The notes below the pieces were generated by a model. The model worked only from the letters and a program-made list of their open reading frames with translations, did not search any database and was not told the origin of the DNA. Positions 57,394 to 64,000 of a DNA stretch of 64,000 nucleotides are shown piece after piece. The translations under genes and the position numbers were made by a program. The DNA comes from Longimicrobiales bacterium (GTDB taxonomy: Bacteria; Gemmatimonadota; Gemmatimonadetes; Longimicrobiales; Gaopeijiaceae): NCBI GenBank assembly GCA_965249725.1, contig CBDFMQ010000002.1:1952001-2016000 (forward strand), in the 5' to 3' direction. Each line of letters starts with the position of its first letter. Position 1 is the first letter of the stretch.

Positions 57394-59217
57394 ATGAACG
57401 AACTCCGGACGGTTCTACCGTACTTCCGGCCATACCGGAAGGGCTTGGTATTCGGGCTGGTGCTGGTCGTAGTCAGCAACCTCTTCACGGTTGCCGCCCC
57501 CTACATCGTGAAGCTGGCCGTCGACGATCTCGGCGATCCCACGCTGACGGGCACCCGCATCGGAACGTACGCCCTGCTGATCGTGGGCGTGGCCTTCGTC
57601 GGGGGAGCGGCCAAGTTCGGGATGCGTGAGCTGCTGAACGGTCTGAGCCGACGGATCGAGTGCGACCTCCGGGACGACTTCTTCAGGCACCTTCTCAAGC
57701 TCGACGCGACCTTCTACGGGTCGGTCCGCACCGGCGATCTCATGGCTCGGGCGACGAACGACACACTGGCGGTACGGATGGCCGCCGGCCCGGCCATCAT
57801 GTACTCGGTCAACACGTCGGTCATCTTCGTCCTCGCCCTCGGATTCATGTTGTGGATCAGCCCGCGCCTCACCGCGTACGCGCTGATTCCAATGATCCTC
57901 CTGCCTCCCGTGGTCCTCGCCTTCGGCCGGGTCATCCACGCGCGCTTCGAGCAGATCCAGGAGCAGTTCTCGACCCTGTCGACCATGGTGCAGGAGAACC
58001 TGACGGGCATGCGGATCGTTCGGGCGTACCTGCAAGAGGGGTCACAGGCGCAGCACTTCGATGAACTCAATCGCCAGTACATGGAACGGAACATGGACCT
58101 CGTGAAGGTCGCGGGTCTCTTTCACCCGATCCTCGCCCTCTTCTCCGGCGTGGGCATGGTGATCGTGCTCTGGTTCGGCGGGCTGGAGGTCATCGCCGGT
58201 CGCATCACCATCGGCGCCTTCGTGGCCTTCCAAATCTATCTGGCGCTGCTCATCTGGCCGCTCATCGCGCTGGGATGGGTCGTCAACCTGTATCAGCGGG
58301 GCGCGGCCAGCATGGGACGCATCAACAAGATCCTCGCCACGGAGCCGGGCATCCGAGCGCCGGAGCACCCGAAGCGCCTAGAAACGCCGCAGGGGGAAAT
58401 CGAGTTTCGGCACGTGTCCTTCCGATACCCGGGGACCGAGCGCCTCGTCCTGGAGGACGTTTCGTTCGTAGCCAAGCCCGGCGAAACCGTGGCGGTCGTA
58501 GGCCCCACCGGTTCCGGCAAGACGACGCTTGTGTCGCTGATCCCACGGATCTACGACGCGACCGACGGCGAGGTGCTCTTGGACGGAATAGCCATCCGGG
58601 ACCTGGACCCCGACGAGCTGCGCACAACAATCGGCATGGTGCCGCAGGACCCGTTCCTGTTCTCCACCACGATCGAGGAGAATATCGGGCTCGGCTTACC
58701 TGGAGACTGGTGGGCTCGGGAGGAGCGCGTGACCCACAACGTGCCGGAAGGGCCGTTGGAAGACCCGGAAGAGGCCGTGGCCGAGGCGGCCCGCATCGCC
58801 CAACTCGACGAGTCCATTCGAGACTTCCCGCAGGGCTACGGCACATATCTGGGTGAGAGGGGCATCAACCTCTCTGGAGGGCAGAAACAACGGGCGACCC
58901 TGGCCCGTGCCGTGGCGCGCGACCCGACCATCCTGATTCTGGACGACGCGTTGAGTGCCGTCGACACGCACACCGAAGCCCAGATCCTGGACGACCTGGC
59001 TCGGGTGATGGCGGGACGCACGTCGTTCATCATCAGCCACAGGGTGTCGGCGGTCATGAACGCCGACCTCATCCTGGTACTGGCCGACGGGCGCATCGCG
59101 GAGCGGGGCCGGCACGCAGACCTGATGGAGCTCGGAGGTACCTACGCCACACTCCTGCGCCGGCAGATGCTGGAGCAGGACATCGAATCCACCGTGGTCG
59201 GCACGGCCGGAGACTGA
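57394..59217 (+). CDS. ABC exporter, fused TMD-NBD (MdlA-like)
   Basis: About 6 TM helices; GPTGSGKT, LSGGQKQR, ILDD, SHR. Confidence 0.93.
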   Translation: MNELRTVLPYFRPYRKGLVFGLVLVVVSNLFTVAAPYIVKLAVDDLGDPTLTGTRIGTYALLIVGVAFVGGAAKFGMRELLNGLSRRIECDLRDDFFRHLLKLDATFYGSVRTGDLMARATNDTLAVRMAAGPAIMYSVNTSVIFVLALGFMLWISPRLTAYALIPMILLPPVVLAFGRVIHARFEQIQEQFSTLSTMVQENLTGMRIVRAYLQEGSQAQHFDELNRQYMERNMDLVKVAGLFHPILALFSGVGMVIVLWFGGLEVIAGRITIGAFVAFQIYLALLIWPLIALGWVVNLYQRGAASMGRINKILATEPGIRAPEHPKRLETPQGEIEFRHVSFRYPGTERLVLEDVSFVAKPGETVAVVGPTGSGKTTLVSLIPRIYDATDGEVLLDGIAIRDLDPDELRTTIGMVPQDPFLFSTTIEENIGLGLPGDWWAREERVTHNVPEGPLEDPEEAVAEAARIAQLDESIRDFPQGYGTYLGERGINLSGGQKQRATLARAVARDPTILILDDALSAVDTHTEAQILDDLARVMAGRTSFIISHRVSAVMNADLILVLADGRIAERGRHADLMELGGTYATLLRRQMLEQDIESTVVGTAGD

Positions 59218-59228
59218 GCCGCTAGATC

Positions 59229-61904
59229 CTACTCCGCTCGCAGAGCGTCGACGGGATCGACCGCCGCAGCCTTCAGCGCCGGAACGAGCGACGACCCGAC
59301 GGCCGCGAGGAGCAGGACCGCAGCCACCCCGCCAAAGGTCGTCGGATCCAGCGGAGACACTCCGTACAACAGGCCGGAGAGCACACGCGAAAGCCCGACG
59401 GCAATCGCCACCCCGGCAACCACACCCAACCCCGCCATCGACAGCGCTTCGCCGACGACCCCGGACAACACCTGGCGTCGCCCCGCTCCCAACGCGAGCC
59501 GCAGCCCGATCTCGTGCGTCCGCCGGGCGACCTGGTACGACACCACTCCGTGAATGCCTGCCGTGGCGAGCACGAGCGCCAGAAGGGCGAAGACACCGAA
59601 CAGCCCCGCGGCGAAGCGGTCCCGGGCGATCGTCTCGGACATCCGTGACTCGAGCGTCGTCAGCCGATAGAGGGGGAACTTGGGGTCGAGGTCGGCGACG
59701 GCGCTTCGAACGTCGGCCGCCACGCTGACCCCTTCGGCACTCCGCACCACGACCGTCAGATAGCCGAACACGTACTCCGCTTGAGCGAGAGGCACGAACA
59801 TCTGCGCGCGGGGTGCCACGCTGAGTCCGGCGTGACGAGTGTCTCGGACCACCCCCACCACCCTCCACGGCACGTTGTTCACGTAGAACACGGTAATGCT
59901 CCGCCCCACCGCCTCCTGACCCGGCCACAACTGCTCGGCAAAGGTCTCGCTGATCAGAATCACCCGCTCGGCGTCTCCCCGATCGAACCGGGTGAATCCC
60001 CGCCCCCTGACGATCTCCATCCCCATCGCGTCGAAATACCCCGGAGAGACGATGCGGTAGTCGGTCTGCGGAAGCTCCCCCTCGGGCACGGAGGGTTGCC
60101 CGTCGAACCAGTATGGGAGATCGAAGTCGATCCCTGCCGGATCCATCGGAAGCGTCGTCGTCACACCGGCCGCCTGGATGCCCGGGGTCTCGCTCAGACG
60201 ATCCAGAAGCGTCTCGAAGTACCTGATGCGGTCCTCGTTCGCCGGATACGCCTGGTTCGTGAGATTCACGGCGCCGAGGATGACCCCCTCCGGGTCGAAA
60301 CCGGGGTCGACCGCGCGCAGCTCCATGAAGCTCCGGGCGAGGAGGCCCGCGCCCACCAGAAGTACGAGGGACACGGCCACCTCACCCGCGACGAGAAGCC
60401 GGCGTGCGGAGCGCCGTGCCGTACCGCCTCGGGATCGGCCCTCCCGCAGAGCGTCTCCCGCGTTGCCGCGAGAGGCACACACGGCCGGGGAGAGCCCGAA
60501 GAGCACCCCGGTGAACACGGCGGTCCCCAGGGCGAAAAGCAGGACACGGAGGTCGACACCCACTTCGGCGACACGAGGCAAGTCACCCGGCTCCAACGCC
60601 AAGAAGGCACGCACGCCCTGAAAGGCCAGCAGCACCCCCACGGCCCCACCGAGTAGGCCGATCACCAGGCTCTCGGTGAGAAGCTGCTGTCCGATGCGCC
60701 GGCGACTGGCCCCGATCGCGGTGCGGACCGCGATCTCCTGAGACCGATACGCCGCCCGGCCCAGCATGAGGTTCGCCACATTGGCACACGCGATGAGAAG
60801 CACGAACCCGACAGCCCCGAAGATGATCATGAGAATCTTCGGGGCGTCTCCTACCGTTTGCTCGTGAGCCGAAACCAGATCGACCGTCCACCCGCCGTTG
60901 GACTCGGGGTGTCGTAGAGCGATGCCTGACGCAACCCGGTTCATGTCGGCTTCGGCCTCCTCGATCGAGACCTCGGCCGCGAGCCTGCCCATGACCGTCA
61001 GGTTGCGGGTCTGCCGATGGTGGTCCGGATCGGCCCAGTCCGACGGGACCCACACGTCCACGGCGGCACGGGGCACGTCGAAAGTGGCCGGCATGACTCC
61101 GACGATCTCGAGGCCGATGTCGTTGAGCACCAGACTGCGGCCCAGGGCATCCGGGCGCCCTTCGAAGGCACGCTCCCAAAGGCGTTGGCTGATGATGGCC
61201 ACGTTCGGGCCACCCGTCACACCCTCCTCGCGTGTGAATGTCCGCCCCAACATCGGGTCCACGCCGAGAAGCGGAAGGAGGTCCCACGACACGTGAGCGA
61301 TCGATACGACCTCCGGTTGATCGAGGCTGGAGAGTGTCATGGACCCGTCCAGCCATGCCGCCATCCCGGCGAAGCTCCGGTTTTCCCGTTTCCAGTCCTC
61401 GAAGTTGGGCGGCGACGGATTGTCGGCTGTTATGTCCTGAGACAGCTGCTGCTCCCAGATCATCACGAGCCGATCCGGCTCATGGAACGGGAGCGGCCTG
61501 AAGACCACCCCGTCCACGACCGAGAAGATGGCCGTAGTAGCCCCGATCCCGAGGCCTATCGTAAGCACGGCGACGAAAGCGAATCCGGGGTATCTGCGCA
61601 GCGTTCGAAGCGCATACCGCACGTCCTGGAGAATCACACCCATCCGCTCCACCCTCCTCTCCCTGGTGATCCGATCCTTCGAGATCTGTCGGCACTCCGA
61701 GGCCACACCGTCCAGATGCCCGAAGTGCCTGAGCACCTCGGCCCGGGCCTCATCTCGGTCCCAACCCTCGGACACCAGCTCGTCGATGCGGCCTTCGACG
61801 TGGAAGGCGAGCTCCGCATCGAGATCCTGGTCCAACTGAGGTCGTGGCCGAATGATCCGGCGCACCTCGGCCCAGCCGCGCCAACCCGCGCGCTTCGGGG
61901 TCAC
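59229..61904 (-). CDS. ADOP-type duplicated ABC permease (MacB/FtsX) with N-terminal prefix domain
   Basis: LDAELAFH, QDVRYALRTL, LLIACANVANL, EIG.R.ALGA, VDP..ALRAE; GTGA overlap with padR. Confidence 0.9.
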   Translation of the reverse strand: MTPKRAGWRGWAEVRRIIRPRPQLDQDLDAELAFHVEGRIDELVSEGWDRDEARAEVLRHFGHLDGVASECRQISKDRITRERRVERMGVILQDVRYALRTLRRYPGFAFVAVLTIGLGIGATTAIFSVVDGVVFRPLPFHEPDRLVMIWEQQLSQDITADNPSPPNFEDWKRENRSFAGMAAWLDGSMTLSSLDQPEVVSIAHVSWDLLPLLGVDPMLGRTFTREEGVTGGPNVAIISQRLWERAFEGRPDALGRSLVLNDIGLEIVGVMPATFDVPRAAVDVWVPSDWADPDHHRQTRNLTVMGRLAAEVSIEEAEADMNRVASGIALRHPESNGGWTVDLVSAHEQTVGDAPKILMIIFGAVGFVLLIACANVANLMLGRAAYRSQEIAVRTAIGASRRRIGQQLLTESLVIGLLGGAVGVLLAFQGVRAFLALEPGDLPRVAEVGVDLRVLLFALGTAVFTGVLFGLSPAVCASRGNAGDALREGRSRGGTARRSARRLLVAGEVAVSLVLLVGAGLLARSFMELRAVDPGFDPEGVILGAVNLTNQAYPANEDRIRYFETLLDRLSETPGIQAAGVTTTLPMDPAGIDFDLPYWFDGQPSVPEGELPQTDYRIVSPGYFDAMGMEIVRGRGFTRFDRGDAERVILISETFAEQLWPGQEAVGRSITVFYVNNVPWRVVGVVRDTRHAGLSVAPRAQMFVPLAQAEYVFGYLTVVVRSAEGVSVAADVRSAVADLDPKFPLYRLTTLESRMSETIARDRFAAGLFGVFALLALVLATAGIHGVVSYQVARRTHEIGLRLALGAGRRQVLSGVVGEALSMAGLGVVAGVAIAVGLSRVLSGLLYGVSPLDPTTFGGVAAVLLLAAVGSSLVPALKAAAVDPVDALRAE

Positions 61905-62248
61905 CCGGCTCGCTCCACCGTCACCTCGAGGACTCTGGACACGGCCTCGGTGTGTCGCACCCAGCTCTCTACGGCCGAAGTGAGGTATTTCTCTCCGGCG
62001 GGTGTCATCTCGTAGAACTTCGCACGCCGATTCTGGTCCGATATGCCCCAGCGAGCCCGGAGCTTCCCGTCCCGCTCCAAGCGATGGAGCGCCGGATAGA
62101 GTGTGCCTTCCTCGATGTTGAGGACCTCTCGCGTCTGGGCGTGGATGCATCGAGCGATCCCCAGCCCGTGCAGCGGCCCTTCAGCCAGAGTCTTGAGGAT
62201 GAGCAAGTTCAGTGTGCCGTACAGCGCTGACGCGTCGGATCTGGTCAC
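61901..62248 (-). CDS. PadR family transcriptional regulator
   Basis: GTLNLLILK.L, HG..I, EEGTLYPALHRLE, RRAKFY. Confidence 0.93.
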   Translation of the reverse strand: MTRSDASALYGTLNLLILKTLAEGPLHGLGIARCIHAQTREVLNIEEGTLYPALHRLERDGKLRARWGISDQNRRAKFYEMTPAGEKYLTSAVESWVRHTEAVSRVLEVTVERAG

Positions 62249-62253
62249 GGTTA

Positions 62254-62317
62254 GCCTAAGCTGCTTAGGTAAACAGGGCAGGTGACGATACGGCTCCGTT
62301 ACCTAACCTGTCAAGGT
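62254..62317. promoter_or_regulatory. Two palindromic operator-like boxes upstream of padR
   Basis: CCTAAGC-T-GCTTAGG (62255-62269) and the degenerate copy CCTAACC-T-GTCAAGG (62302-62316). Confidence 0.6.
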
Positions 62318-62367
62318 GAGCACGACTCCTTGGACTTCGGGAGCGCGTGAAGGGTTGGAACGCCCTG

Positions 62368-63096
62368 CTAGATCCTCTGCAACACCCACTCGGGCGTGAA
62401 GCGCACCAGGTACGTGCTCAGGATCGTGAACGAGCCCGTCGCCAGCAGTATCCCCAGGATGATGAGCATCACCCCCGAGGCCTTCTCGACGATCGGCAGG
62501 AAGCGCCGGAACCTCGAGAACGCGCCCAGGAAGAAGTCCAACGCCAGGGCGGAAATCAGGAACGGAATCGCCAGGCCGAGGGAATACACGCTGAGGAGTA
62601 TCACCCCGGACCACACGGTGTCCTGAGTGCCGGCCAAGGTGAGGATGGCCCCGAGGACCGGACCGATGCACGGCGTCCAGCCTGCGCCGAAGGCGGCCCC
62701 TACACCCAGGGTGCCTATGTAACCCGCCGGCTTGTCGTTCACCTGGACCCGTCGCTCGCGCATGAGCGGAGCGATGCGGAAGATGCCGGTCAGGTGAAGG
62801 CCCAGAATGAAGACGAGAACGCCGCCGATGCGGGCGATCCACACCTCGTAGACACGCAGGAACACTCCCAAGAAGGAGGCCGAGGCACCGAGCGTGATGA
62901 AGATGATGCTGAAGCCCGCCACAAACAGCAGTGAGTGCATGAGGGTGGCTTTGCGATCCACCCCCTCCTGGAGGTCCTCCAGGGACATCCCAGTGACGAA
63001 CGACAAGTAGCTCGGTACCAGGGGCAGCACGCACGGGGACAGGAATGAGAAGATCCCGGCCATGAGAGCAACGAGAATTCCAACCGAATCGGTCAT
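62368..63096 (-). CDS. ccdA: Cytochrome c biogenesis protein CcdA
   Basis: SFLSPCVLPLVP, GWTPCIGP.L. Confidence 0.93.
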   Translation of the reverse strand: MTDSVGILVALMAGIFSFLSPCVLPLVPSYLSFVTGMSLEDLQEGVDRKATLMHSLLFVAGFSIIFITLGASASFLGVFLRVYEVWIARIGGVLVFILGLHLTGIFRIAPLMRERRVQVNDKPAGYIGTLGVGAAFGAGWTPCIGPVLGAILTLAGTQDTVWSGVILLSVYSLGLAIPFLISALALDFFLGAFSRFRRFLPIVEKASGVMLIILGILLATGSFTILSTYLVRFTPEWVLQRI

Positions 63097-64000
63097 CTAT
63101 TTTCCTGGTCGTGCCTCAGTGGTGAGCTCGATCCTTCGTCGTCCCTGCCCTCTTCAGCCGAATATCGTGCGCGCATTCGGTGCCATACCGCCCGAACGCC
63201 CGTAACCAGTCCGAGCCAGAGCAGCACGAAGGCTCCGGCCCACCCGAACACTCGAGGAAAGAACCCGACCACAGCGGCGGACGCGATGGCTATGACCGAT
63301 ACCGTCCCTAGGATCGTCCGGTCCTCTCGCCCCAACGTACGGTGACCCGCCAGAGCGCCTCCGAAGGACGCACCAGCCCGTACCAAGTGAGCGAGCCGCC
63401 AGGGCCTCGTACTTCCGGTCTCCATCAGGGCCTCGAGCCGTTCGGTCAGGCCGCCCTCCGGCTCGAGGGGCGTCTGAGGAATCTCGGTGAGCGAAGGTAA
63501 CGGATGGTCCCGCGCGACCTTCGGTATGCGGCGACTCCCCGGGAGCACGATTTCGGATGAAGACGCCAGGTCCGCGAGAAACAGGCCCTCGAGTTGCCCG
63601 GCGAGCGACGCATCCATAACGCCGACGTCGATCTCCCAGTTCCCCAGTAGACTCCACGCATTCAGGTTGCTGGAGCCGACACGACACCAGAGACCGTCGG
63701 CCACGGCGCTCTTCGCGTGGATCATCGGACCCTGCCACTCGAACAGGCGAACGCCGTGGTCGAGAAGATAGCGGTAGCCGGCCCTCGACAAACTCCCGAC
63801 GAGCGGCCAGTTGTTGTTCGCCGGCACCAGCAATCGGACGTCCACGCCCGCACGCGCCGCTTCGGTCATGGCTTCAGCCACGATGCCCGGGGCCACGAAG
63901 TATGGGTCGGTAATCCAGAGCCGCTCCTGAGCCATCGCGGCCACCAGGGAGAGCGTCCTCATCACCCGACTTCGGCGAGGCTCGCCCTCGATGAGCCAGA
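63093..64000 (-). CDS. Phospholipase D / cardiolipin synthase, C-terminal part (runs off the window)
   Basis: PYFV, GVDVRLL.P, HAKSAVAD (HKD), GSSN. Confidence 0.85.
   Translation of the reverse strand, partial: WLIEGEPRRSRVMRTLSLVAAMAQERLWITDPYFVAPGIVAEAMTEAARAGVDVRLLVPANNNWPLVGSLSRAGYRYLLDHGVRLFEWQGPMIHAKSAVADGLWCRVGSSNLNAWSLLGNWEIDVGVMDASLAGQLEGLFLADLASSSEIVLPGSRRIPKVARDHPLPSLTEIPQTPLEPEGGLTERLEALMETGSTRPWRLAHLVRAGASFGGALAGHRTLGREDRTILGTVSVIAIASAAVVGFFPRVFGWAGAFVLLWLGLVTGVRAVWHRMRARYSAEEGRDDEGSSSPLRHDQENR

Overview
High-GC bacterial chromosome segment. Gene content suggests Gemmatimonadota, but this is inference only. Bases ~1-10,400 are an accessory hotspot around one tRNA-Thr(TGT) gene (5757-5829, - strand) that appears to have been targeted from both sides. 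On its 3' side is a decayed island with a PHP + ABC/SMC-type ATPase (Ppl/TrlF-like) coupled to a Schlafen/AlbA_2-HATPase gene, an ASCH gene, IS21 and IS481 scars and a P27 terminase remnant. On its 5' side is a ~4.6 kb tyrosine-integrase element bounded by a 40-bp duplication of the tRNA 5' half. That element leaves the apparent native promoter in front of the half-copy. The rest is mostly core genome: cysS, pyrF/pyrD, amidase, smpB, pgi, pyk, rnd, dksA-like, fabH, rocD, nitrilase, a form-II-like coxSLM/DE/G cluster with xdhC and mocA, nrdJ with NrdR boxes, murQ/anmK, ggt, ABC transporters, PadR-ADOP, ccdA and a partial cls. The most unusual core-region gene encodes a single-ring Clp/Hsp100 D2 ATPase with an LGF loop fused to an intact receiver domain. 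Many start coordinates were re-picked by eye, and all family calls come from motif recognition, not database searches.
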